Source: Acaryochloris marina MBIC11017 (GTDB lineage Bacteria; Cyanobacteriota; Cyanobacteriia; Thermosynechococcales; Thermosynechococcaceae). From it: a stretch of 32,000 nucleotides of DNA. Positions 17,611 through 24,661 of this stretch are shown one piece after another; within the stretch, counting starts at the first letter, position 1; every line of letters begins with the position of its first letter. The position numbers and the translations under genes were made by a program. The stretch lies in contig NC_009925.1 of NCBI RefSeq assembly GCF_000018105.1, positions 780,001-812,000 on the forward strand, written 5' to 3'. The notes beneath the pieces are model-generated. The model was not told the origin of the DNA. It worked only from the letters and a program-made list of their open reading frames with translations, and ran no database searches.

Positions 17611-17865
17611 TTAAGCAGCCTGGAATATTTCTGCGATTTCACTAACACCGCTGATGAATTTTTTTCTTTTTTCAGATAGAGACACGAATTCTGCGATATG
17701 ACTGCGAGATCTCAAAACGTGACTCACCTCATCTACGGCTTTGCAGAAAAGGCACTTCCGGGGGTTAGTACTCCACTGGATATTGTCTGGTGGAGTACTA
17801 ACCCGTACTCTTGCCTCTTGACTACTGATAGACACTGACAAAGAGGGTTGCACCGGGTTGATCAT
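17611..17865 (-). CDS. Hypothetical small protein (84 aa), questionable
   Basis: Its only ATG start overlaps the 3' end of the lysozyme/LDT gene by 44 nt in another frame. The one notable feature is a CxxC pair (CLFCK). No recognisable family. Confidence 0.3.
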   Translation of the reverse strand: MINPVQPSLSVSISSQEARVRVSTPPDNIQWSTNPRKCLFCKAVDEVSHVLRSRSHIAEFVSLSEKRKKFISGVSEIAEIFQAA

Positions 17866-19327
17866 ACAAAGGCACCACTTTGTCTCTTAAATCTTGGTTA
17901 TGCATTCTAATGCAGCCTAGGGTGGAGAAAAGAGCTTGCTTTGGTGCCCAAGCTCCTGGCCATCCGCAACCGCTGCCGCCGCCGTGGAGCATAATGCCTG
18001 CCCGACCCAGGTTGGCTTCTTGGTTTTCGAGTTCAACTAAATCGAGACTATACCAGCCATAAGACATGCGATCGCGGGTATAGGCAGAACTTTCACCCGC
18101 TTGCTCATAGTCGCGATAAATTTGCCCACATTTGTAAAGACCGGCGGGGGTATCCCCATGACGGCCAAAGTAATTGTCCTCAAACTGACCACGACAGAGA
18201 CAGGTCAATTCCCACATTAGCGTGCCGCTATAGTCGTAACACTTGATCTTGCCAACGGCATCATTGGCCACCAGATGGTAGTCTCCGGGCTTAAAGCCAT
18301 GGGCATCCGGATGGGACTTGGGACCTTTCATCCCTGCAATAATATTGGCTTGGCGAGGACCAGCCGATGGGGTGGGTTGCGAGACGGTTATCGTTGGTTC
18401 AAAACCTACTACCCTCGGTGGGTTTGTTTTGAGTCGCTGTTCAATGGGTTCGCAATCCTGGGCCGTTTGAATTTCCTGGGCAGCGGCGGCACAGGCGGTG
18501 GTCGGTGCTTCGCCACACCAGACTTTGGCCTCGGCATATCGACGGCGACCCAGCCCCACTTCCACATTTTCGCTGGGGTTGCGATACATCATCAGGGTGC
18601 CGGGAACCGCCTGCCAATCTTTGTCTTTTAAGTTGCGGGTGATGGTTCTATGGTTCGGTGATCCATAAAAATCAGCACCATTGTTATAGGCAAAGCTGGT
18701 CAGTGCGGCTCGTTGTAGATCAGTCATGTCGTCCCAATAAGGGATGGTCGATTGCAGCTTGAGCCAAAAATCTTTGTGGCAAATATAGTCGTACAGGTCA
18801 TCTGCTTCAGCTTGGGTGATGATATCTCCCATTTGGATGGCTGACCCATTTTTATAGTAGGTACTGCCCCAACCGATGGTGACGGGTAAGCCCCCACTGC
18901 CAGCCCTTGGATCCGGGTAAGCTTGGATTCGCCCGTCCGGTAATTTCCGTTGACAGCCTTCGTAAAAGTGGTTGAGTTGGGCTACTTCCGGCGGTAATAA
19001 CGGAGCAGAGGGAGTCTCTGGTTGAGAGGGAGTAGAAGCTGGAGCCAGGGCAGAAACGGGCTGCTGTTCCCATGCATCTTCTGGAATATCCCATGAGATG
19101 GGATTGATATACCGTTTGACACCCGTTTCAATGGTTGGGTAATGGTCATGCCAGGTATAAGGCCCCGCCAAGATAATCTCAGCCAACTGTGAATTGACAG
19201 TAGACACTTTGATAACGCCTAAGATTCCCCCCTCATAGACTTTTGCGAGTTGATTTAATTTTTGAAGGTGGGGTTGGTGTGGTAGGGGTGCCAGGAGTGT
19301 ATTCTTTTTCGCTGTGATAAATGGCAT
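17822..19327 (-). CDS. Fusion protein: unknown N-domain, Pro-rich linker, GH24 (T4/lambda-type) lysozyme domain, YkuD-type L,D-transpeptidase catalytic domain
   Basis: GH24 catalytic region: NHFYEGCQRKLPDGRIQAYPDPRAGSGGLPVTIGWGSTYY (Glu, Asp, Thr triad pattern) followed by LTSFAYNNG. YkuD region: HGDTPAGLY...GIMLHGGG...STLGCIRMHNQDL. The catalytic Cys codon is the complement of 17912-17914. No signal peptide is present. Confidence 0.9.
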   Translation of the reverse strand: MPFITAKKNTLLAPLPHQPHLQKLNQLAKVYEGGILGVIKVSTVNSQLAEIILAGPYTWHDHYPTIETGVKRYINPISWDIPEDAWEQQPVSALAPASTPSQPETPSAPLLPPEVAQLNHFYEGCQRKLPDGRIQAYPDPRAGSGGLPVTIGWGSTYYKNGSAIQMGDIITQAEADDLYDYICHKDFWLKLQSTIPYWDDMTDLQRAALTSFAYNNGADFYGSPNHRTITRNLKDKDWQAVPGTLMMYRNPSENVEVGLGRRRYAEAKVWCGEAPTTACAAAAQEIQTAQDCEPIEQRLKTNPPRVVGFEPTITVSQPTPSAGPRQANIIAGMKGPKSHPDAHGFKPGDYHLVANDAVGKIKCYDYSGTLMWELTCLCRGQFEDNYFGRHGDTPAGLYKCGQIYRDYEQAGESSAYTRDRMSYGWYSLDLVELENQEANLGRAGIMLHGGGSGCGWPGAWAPKQALFSTLGCIRMHNQDLRDKVVPLYDQPGATLFVSVYQ

Positions 19328-19695
19328 TACCAGCCCTCCTGTAAAACGGCGGTTAATTCTTTCTCAGGGGTTTGGACCTTGATCACTTTGGATGTAGTTG
19401 AGACCATCTCGGTGGAAGGCACCGTTACAGTTGGAGATGCTGCTACTGTTGTTGGAACCGCTGAATTCAATACAGGCTTCTCGTCACGCTCGGAGAATTT
19501 TTGCAAGCCCTTCATACCTGCACCGCCAATGGTTAAGGCCCCGGTGAGGATGTAAAGGTTTTCGGAAAAGGTCTTCCCTCGCCATTCACCAGCGGCCAAA
19601 GTAATGGCGAGACCCAATCCCACTAATACTGATGCAGTGGTCTGCAGTCTGCCTGAGGATCGCTTACCTTTAGCATCTTGTAATATCCCGGTCAT
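19327..19695 (-). CDS. Small two-TM membrane protein, holin-like candidate
   Basis: The likely start is the ATG at the complement of 19693-19695 (MTGILQDAKGKRSSGR), preceded by AAGGAG 7 nt upstream. The track's longer ORF (to 19776) has no such RBS. TM1 is TTASVLVGLGLAITLAAG, TM2 is LYILTGALTIGGAGM, and the tail is hydrophilic. Its stop overlaps the start of the lysozyme/LDT gene (TAATG), which implies translational coupling. Confidence 0.6.
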   Translation of the reverse strand: MTGILQDAKGKRSSGRLQTTASVLVGLGLAITLAAGEWRGKTFSENLYILTGALTIGGAGMKGLQKFSERDEKPVLNSAVPTTVAASPTVTVPSTEMVSTTSKVIKVQTPEKELTAVLQEGW

Positions 19696-20094
19696 ACATA
19701 ATCTCCTTGAATAGCGATAGATGGTGTTGTGTTTTGCTGCAATCCTCTGATTTGTGCAGATATCCCTAAGACTCAAGACACGTATCGTTAGCCGATCTGG
19801 TGAAAGCTATTCGATACTTCAAATCAGTCTTCAAATTCTTGTGGCATTAGTCTATTTCCAAGAGAAATAGTGAATTAGCCCTAAGGATTGATTTGAGCTG
19901 ATTTCTATCTGAATTAGAGCACCCGTTTTAGGGGTATTCAGTGATATATGATGATTTTCAAGGTGATTGTGAGCACATTTTGTGTGTTCACTGTGGTTGA
20001 GACTGTAACCGTCTGGAGCAGACCTATTAACTAAAATTGCTCTGATGTACGGCTGCACACTGAAAAATGGTACAGCCGATAGTTGATGCAAGGC

Positions 20095-20341
20095 TCCGTG
20101 GGCGCTGTCTTGATCGCGATCAAGAGCTTCTTTTCCGGGTTGATAAAGGCAGGGTATATCGAGGGTAACCAGTGCAGCCATCAGTATTCCGGTTACGCCA
20201 GAAACGGAATGGAAGAACCTGGCATTGTTTCAGGTGGAAGCATTATTTGAAGCGGTTTCAGGCTAGGCCACTGAGATCCTGGACCGGGCCATTCTCTGTT
20301 TGATGATCTATGCAGGGGTAAGGGCTGAGGAAATCTCTCTT
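20095..20341 (+). pseudogene. Decayed tyrosine-recombinase (integrase) gene remnant (copy B'), truncated after box I
   Basis: One frame from about 20098 reads GAVLIAIKSFFSGLIKAGYIEGNQ, resembling the core-binding-domain helix (..LRSFY.YL...G.I..NP). After a frameshift the next frame reads AAISIPVTPETEWKNLALFQVEALFEAVSG*ATEILDRAILCLMIYAGVRAEEISLL. This matches the box I consensus RDRAIL.LL..TGLR..EL..L, including the catalytic Arg. It contains a stop and a frameshift and ends abruptly at the crp-fragment junction (20341/20342). Confidence 0.55.
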
Positions 20342-20418
20342 TTAGGCAATCTGCGGCAGGAGGGGTGGCTGTCCATCGACCGAACACGGCATTGCTGATG
20401 CCCCCTCAGAGAGTCTGT
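20342..20418 (+). pseudogene. Orphan 3' fragment of a crp/fnr-family gene
   Basis: It translates LGNLRQEGWLSIDRTRHC*, against LGLLRQEGWLTIDRTRHFVIADAPSESL* in the intact gene at 6008..6646. An 8-nt deletion relative to the intact copy causes the premature stop. Most nucleotide differences before the deletion are synonymous. Confidence 0.7.
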
Positions 20419-20657
20419 AGGTAGCCACCCAGCTCAATCTTTGCTGGATGGCTTCTGATCTAGACGCGTTGCTTGTTCTAAAGCCGCTTTTTCTTTGGCT
20501 CGTTGGTCATAGGGGTGGAGCTGTTCTAACGTCCACCCCGTCAATAAGCTCAAATTATCGAGGGTCACTCCCCGCATCAGCATATCGATGCACCAAGTTT
20601 GTTGGGCCTGTTCCAGATGGGGAGGGTGACCTGCTAAGGTGGTCATCCCTTCCGTCC
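20342..20657. repeat. Right copy of the ~320-bp diverged direct repeat (crp 3' fragment, spacer, genuine 3' end of the TetR-family gene)
   Basis: See the left copy (6560-6883). Homology ends at about 6883 / 20657 (tccgtcc, then the sequences diverge). Confidence 0.85.
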
Positions 20658-21645
20658 AGCTTTTCCACCGATCAGCCAGTGTTGTCGGCGTCAGGGGCTG
20701 TTGCTGATCATCCACAAACATTGTAGGTTCATCATCTTTGCGAGATTTTAGCCATTTGGTCAGGGGATTGGAAGTATAGGAGCCAACACGTTTCCCCATG
20801 ACCCACTGATTGACGGCTACCTGGCGGCTGGCCTGGATTTGCAGCAGATGCTGTTGATTATTGCTGATCTGTTGCGATCGCAATAACCCGATCACTTCGG
20901 GTGATGATAAACCTGCCCCAAATAAAACATAGGCCAGAGCATGATCTTGGGTACTCTGTTTCTTGGCTTGTCGGAGAATAAGATGAACGGTTTCCGCAGG
21001 CAAATCAGCCACGGTTGTGGGCTGTGGGGGAGAATCTCTGAAAGTGTCACTTGCAATACTGCCAAACAGGATCATCTGCACCGCATGCTCTAAAAAGTCG
21101 TCTTGGTGATGCCATAGCTGATGGTATTCACTGGTGAATTCGATAACGGCATACCCGAGCAGCAAGCATTCCAATAAGCTTGCCAGTTTTTCCGTTGAGA
21201 ACTGGGGGGTTAACTGCCGCTCAGCCATAAAGGATTCTAGATACTGAGCCATATATTGGGTGATTTCTGTCATCCGCTTTCCCAAGGCCAGTCGATTGTC
21301 GGCGGGGTATTGGTTGGCTTCTCCTACTAGAGATCGAATTAAATCAGGCACTTGCTCTAATGCATGCAAGCAATAACTTGCATATTCTTGAAAGGCTTGC
21401 TCCGTTGATGCAGCGGACTGATTTTGACGGTTCAGGGCCTGTCCCAGGCTCTGAAAAGCCGTTGACTCTTCTAAGACCCCCAATAAAAGGCCATGTTTAC
21501 TGCCGAAATGCCGAAACAGCGTCACTTCGTTCACTTCGGCGGCTTCAGCAATTTGGCGGGTGGTCGTTCCACTAATTCCTTGAGTAATAAAGAGCTGAAG
21601 AGCCGACTGAATCAAGCGTTGGCGAGTTGATGACTGAGAAGACAT
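20434..21645 (-). CDS. TetR/AcrR-family regulator fused to a C-terminal catalytically degenerate tyrosine-recombinase-like domain
   Basis: N-terminal TetR HTH: RQRLIQSALQLFITQGISGTTTRQIAEAAEVNEVTLFRHFGSKHGLL. The C-terminal ~200 aa follow the recombinase catalytic-domain pattern. The box I-like segment DHALAYVLFGAGLSSPEVIGLL has Ser where the catalytic Arg should be. The box II-like segment LEQAQQTWCIDMLMRGVTLDNLSLLTGWTLEQLHPY has Q..Q in place of H..R, GW in place of GH, and keeps the Tyr position. Confidence 0.9.
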   Translation of the reverse strand: MSSQSSTRQRLIQSALQLFITQGISGTTTRQIAEAAEVNEVTLFRHFGSKHGLLLGVLEESTAFQSLGQALNRQNQSAASTEQAFQEYASYCLHALEQVPDLIRSLVGEANQYPADNRLALGKRMTEITQYMAQYLESFMAERQLTPQFSTEKLASLLECLLLGYAVIEFTSEYHQLWHHQDDFLEHAVQMILFGSIASDTFRDSPPQPTTVADLPAETVHLILRQAKKQSTQDHALAYVLFGAGLSSPEVIGLLRSQQISNNQQHLLQIQASRQVAVNQWVMGKRVGSYTSNPLTKWLKSRKDDEPTMFVDDQQQPLTPTTLADRWKSWTEGMTTLAGHPPHLEQAQQTWCIDMLMRGVTLDNLSLLTGWTLEQLHPYDQRAKEKAALEQATRLDQKPSSKD

Positions 21646-21653
21646 AGATAATA

Positions 21654-21670
21654 TGCAAGTATTACTTGCA
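21654..21670. promoter_or_regulatory. Perfect 8-1-8 palindrome TGCAAGTA-T-TACTTGCA, candidate TetR operator
   Basis: Read directly from the sequence. It lies 9 nt upstream of the TetR-like gene's start codon, in the 162-nt divergent intergenic region shared with desC. Confidence 0.55.
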
Positions 21671-21701
21671 AGACTTAGGGATGGGTGTTAGCATGACAGC
21701 A

Positions 21702-21718
21702 TGCAAGTGATGCTTGCA
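21702..21718. promoter_or_regulatory. Second, imperfect palindrome TGCAAG-TGATG-CTTGCA sharing the ATGCAAGT half-site; candidate second operator
   Basis: Read directly from the sequence. Its centre is 48 bp from the centre of the first palindrome. Confidence 0.45.
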
Positions 21719-21807
21719 CTATTACTTTACCCAGTATTCAAACAAAAAGCGAGGCCCACCTCTGCAGATATGGGCTAGCGTTGTTCATCTTTTTTCATAG
21801 GACTGTT

Positions 21808-22665
21808 ATGACTACCAACCCTGTCGTCACTGCCTCCGCAGGCAGACCTGCCCTGAGCTGGATCAATGTTGGCTTTTTTGGTGCATTTCACCTACTAGCT
21901 ATCAGCTTAGCCCCCCATTATTTCTCATGGTCAGCCCTAGGGGTCGCCCTATTCTTACATTGGCTGCTAGGAGGGATTGGCATCTGCTTGGGGTATCATC
22001 GTCTCCTCAGTCACCGGAGTTTCCGCGTGCCCAAGGTATTGGAATATGCGATCGCAACCCTAGGTTCCCTCGCTATACAGGGTGGTCCTATCTTCTGGGT
22101 GAGTGGTCACCGTCAACACCATGCTCATACCGAGCATGTCAACGATGATCCCTACTCTGCCCAGCGAGGCTTTTGGTGGAGTCATATTCTCTGGATTTTT
22201 TATCCTCGTCCTGAATATTTTGATGCCAAACATTACCGCAAAAATGCCCCCGACTTGGCCCGCCAACCCTTTTATCGTTGGTTAGATCGAAATTTCCTGA
22301 TGCTCCAAATCCCCTTGGCTGCTGTGCTATATGCCTTAGGGGGATGGTCCTTCGTGGTCTACGGTATTTTTGTCCGGGCCGTCATTCTTTGGCATTCCAC
22401 CTGGCTAGTGAATTCTGCCTCTCATATGTGGGGATATCGCACCTTTGAATCCGATGATGGCGCTCAAAACCTGTGGTGGGTTTCTCTATTGACTTATGGT
22501 GAAGGCTGGCATAACAACCATCACTCCTATCCTCATGTGGCCAAGTCTGGTTACCGTTGGTGGGAGATCGATTTGACCTGGTGGGCCATTTGTGCCCTCA
22601 AGCAAATGGGATTGGCCAAGAAAATTGTGACGTACCCTAAATCCCTTCAGTATGTGAGGAAGTAG
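21808..22665 (+). CDS. desC: Acyl-lipid/acyl-CoA delta-9 fatty acid desaturase
   Basis: Three histidine boxes, HRLLSH, HRQHHAH and HNNHHSYP, plus four hydrophobic segments. The track ORF starts at a TTG at 21781; the first ATG is at 21808 (MTTNPVV). Confidence 0.93.
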   Translation: MTTNPVVTASAGRPALSWINVGFFGAFHLLAISLAPHYFSWSALGVALFLHWLLGGIGICLGYHRLLSHRSFRVPKVLEYAIATLGSLAIQGGPIFWVSGHRQHHAHTEHVNDDPYSAQRGFWWSHILWIFYPRPEYFDAKHYRKNAPDLARQPFYRWLDRNFLMLQIPLAAVLYALGGWSFVVYGIFVRAVILWHSTWLVNSASHMWGYRTFESDDGAQNLWWVSLLTYGEGWHNNHHSYPHVAKSGYRWWEIDLTWWAICALKQMGLAKKIVTYPKSLQYVRK

Positions 22666-22687
22666 CAGTTTCAAAAGAAGCTTTTCG

Positions 22688-22713
22688 AACTCCCAGAGCC
22701 GGCTCTGGGAGTT
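22688..22713. terminator. Perfect 13-bp-arm palindrome between convergent desC and grx; candidate bidirectional terminator
   Basis: The sequence aactcccagagcc|ggctctgggagtt was read directly. It lies 23 nt after the desC stop and 29 nt after the grx stop. The U-tracts are poor on both strands. Confidence 0.5.
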
Positions 22714-22741
22714 CTTCTATAGGTCCAGATAGATCCAGACT

Positions 22742-23059
22742 CTAACTCGCAGCAGGTTGAGAGAGTAGGTCGTCTAGCTGGCCCATCGTGTCCATCTGAT
22801 ACAAGTCATCACAGCCACCAATATGCTGATTATTGATAAAGATTTGAGGAACGGATCTGCGGTTATTGGCCCGTTCAGCCATTTTGGCCCGTGCAGCCTC
22901 ATCTCCATCAATCTTGTATTCGGTGTATTTCACCCCTTTCCAAGACAACAATAATTTGGCTCGAATACAAAACGGACAAGTTTGCCAAGTATAGATTTCG
23001 GTGTTGGCCTTGACTCGCTCAGGATGGCGTCCCAAAAGGTTGTTTAAGAAATTTGGCAT
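22742..23059 (-). CDS. grxC: Glutaredoxin (Grx3/GrxC type)
   Basis: Active site CPFC (YTWQTCPFCIRAK), plus RSVPQIFINNQHIGGCDDL. Confidence 0.92.
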   Translation of the reverse strand: MPNFLNNLLGRHPERVKANTEIYTWQTCPFCIRAKLLLSWKGVKYTEYKIDGDEAARAKMAERANNRRSVPQIFINNQHIGGCDDLYQMDTMGQLDDLLSQPAAS

Positions 23060-23098
23060 GGGAAATTCCTAATTGGCAACAGGTAAGAACTTACTATT

Positions 23099-24418
23099 TT
23101 ATTGTGACGTAACCGATTGATCTGCGAGAGTGATTGAAGCACAATCTCGATTGGCATCTAGTTCAAGATGGTCAGGTAATTTAGTCCGGCACAGTTTGCA
23201 CTCTTCTAACTGATCGACTTCTAGAAAAATAGCCCCCCGTAGATCAGCCCCACTCAGATCAGCCTCTCGAAATTGAGTACGTTGGAAAGAAACCTCCCGG
23301 AGATTGGCATCGGTAAAATCTGCTCCCTCCAGATTGGCATCACTCAAATCAGCCCCTGTGAAATTGGCTTCACTTAAATCCGTATCCGCAAGCTGTGCCC
23401 CGATAAGCTTCGCCGTCCGAAGGTTAGCACCCACTAATTTTGCGTGACTCAGATTGGCATCACTAAGATAAACACCAATTAAATCTGCACTATTCAGATT
23501 GGCCCCCAGGAGATTCGCACTACCCAGATACGCCCCCCGCAGATTGGCTCCCGTCAAATCGGCATTTTGAAAATTGGCACTATTCAGATTGGTCCCCAAC
23601 AAATTGGCACTGCTGAGATTGGCCTGGGTCAAATCCGCCTCACTCAGATTGGCACTTAAGAGATCCGCATTACGAAGATTGGCTTCCCGTAGGTCTGCCT
23701 CCCGGAGATTGGTTCCAATCAGGTAAGTCCCTTGGAAGTTAGCACCCTGAAAATTCCCTTGAATTAAGTTGGCTTGAATCAAATAGGCATCTTGAAAGTC
23801 CAAGGAACTCGTTTCGAATTGACCATGGCATCGGGCAATCACGGTCAGGGCAGCTTGAATATCCGTGGGTACTCTCAAGGTATTGACTTCATTAGACCCC
23901 AACTGTCGGGTATCTCCCACTCTGGTGCTATGTTCTCGGATATAAGCCGTTAGAATTTCCAACACAATCGCTTGTTGTTCAGAAGAATCACTAGCGATTT
24001 GTTCCAGAAGATATATTCCCCCCAATCGCACTTCTATCTTGTCTTTGGCCGCCAACAACTCCACTGCTTTGCGGAAATCATGAATATTGTGCCTTCGATT
24101 TTGTCTGTGGTAATTTTGCCAAGAGAAGTATGTCCCCAAGCCCCCCAACAATCCTAGGATTACTAGCAGCAAGGTATCCCGCTGTTTTCCTTCCAGTTGT
24201 GCACGCCGATAAGTCTCTTCTCGTTCCAGTTGCAGTTGATCCGTTATGGGTAATTGTTGCAGACGATTCTGATCTAAGACAGGAAGTTGGTTAACCTGCC
24301 ACTGGGGCACCAACCATAGAAGCAGGATTAAACAAACGCCTGCTGAAGCTGCATTGAACAGCATTCTCTGAGTCAGATGATTTTGGGGAGAGGTATACCG
24401 AGTCACCTTACGTCTCAC
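23099..24418 (-). CDS. Pentapeptide-repeat protein with N-terminal membrane anchor(s)
   Basis: More than 35 consecutive A(D/N)LxX pentapeptides (ANLREADLREANLRNADLLSANLSEADLTQANLSSANL...). There are N-terminal hydrophobic segments (VCLILLLWLV and LLLVILGLLGGLGTYF). Confidence 0.92.
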   Translation of the reverse strand: MRRKVTRYTSPQNHLTQRMLFNAASAGVCLILLLWLVPQWQVNQLPVLDQNRLQQLPITDQLQLEREETYRRAQLEGKQRDTLLLVILGLLGGLGTYFSWQNYHRQNRRHNIHDFRKAVELLAAKDKIEVRLGGIYLLEQIASDSSEQQAIVLEILTAYIREHSTRVGDTRQLGSNEVNTLRVPTDIQAALTVIARCHGQFETSSLDFQDAYLIQANLIQGNFQGANFQGTYLIGTNLREADLREANLRNADLLSANLSEADLTQANLSSANLLGTNLNSANFQNADLTGANLRGAYLGSANLLGANLNSADLIGVYLSDANLSHAKLVGANLRTAKLIGAQLADTDLSEANFTGADLSDANLEGADFTDANLREVSFQRTQFREADLSGADLRGAIFLEVDQLEECKLCRTKLPDHLELDANRDCASITLADQSVTSQ

Positions 24419-24661
24419 CGTCTTAACAGTAGGCTACTTGCTTAGAAATAAGCTGAAGGAATTATTTTAGTTACGCTTCAGGTGTTAACCATTCCTACAG
24501 GGATTACCTGCCTCTTGGGATCTAGTGTAGCGGTAGACGTCTGTGTTCTATCGATGACTGCCTCACAGATTCTGGTGCAGCCTCATACAGAGGTACGTTA
24601 CACTGCCGATGAGTGCACCTCTCTACAGCACTGTTTCCCTAAGCTGGTTAAGACAAGATTG

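Noticed and set aside
19948-20034. 28-codon hydrophobic plus-strand ORF (MMIFKVIVSTFCVFTVVETVTVWSRPIN), considered as a possible type I toxin-like peptide
   Set aside because: No RBS or antisense-RNA architecture is visible. It lies in what appears to be degraded integrase-upstream sequence, and short hydrophobic ORFs arise easily in T-rich DNA. It is not supportable from sequence alone.
19852-20387. Minus-strand ORFs 19852..20181 (109 aa) and 20193..20387 (64 aa)
   Set aside because: Both lie opposite the plus-strand integrase remnant or the repeat B' region, and neither has recognisable motifs or an RBS. They are more likely chance ORFs in decaying DNA. 19852..20181 cannot be fully excluded.
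6560-20657. A tRNA or tmRNA gene as the island integration site, and CRISPR arrays anywhere in the window
   Set aside because: I saw no T-loop (GGTTCGAATCC-like) or acceptor-stem pattern near either island end or elsewhere. I saw no regularly spaced 25-40-nt repeats. The island junction is a protein-gene 3' end pair instead.
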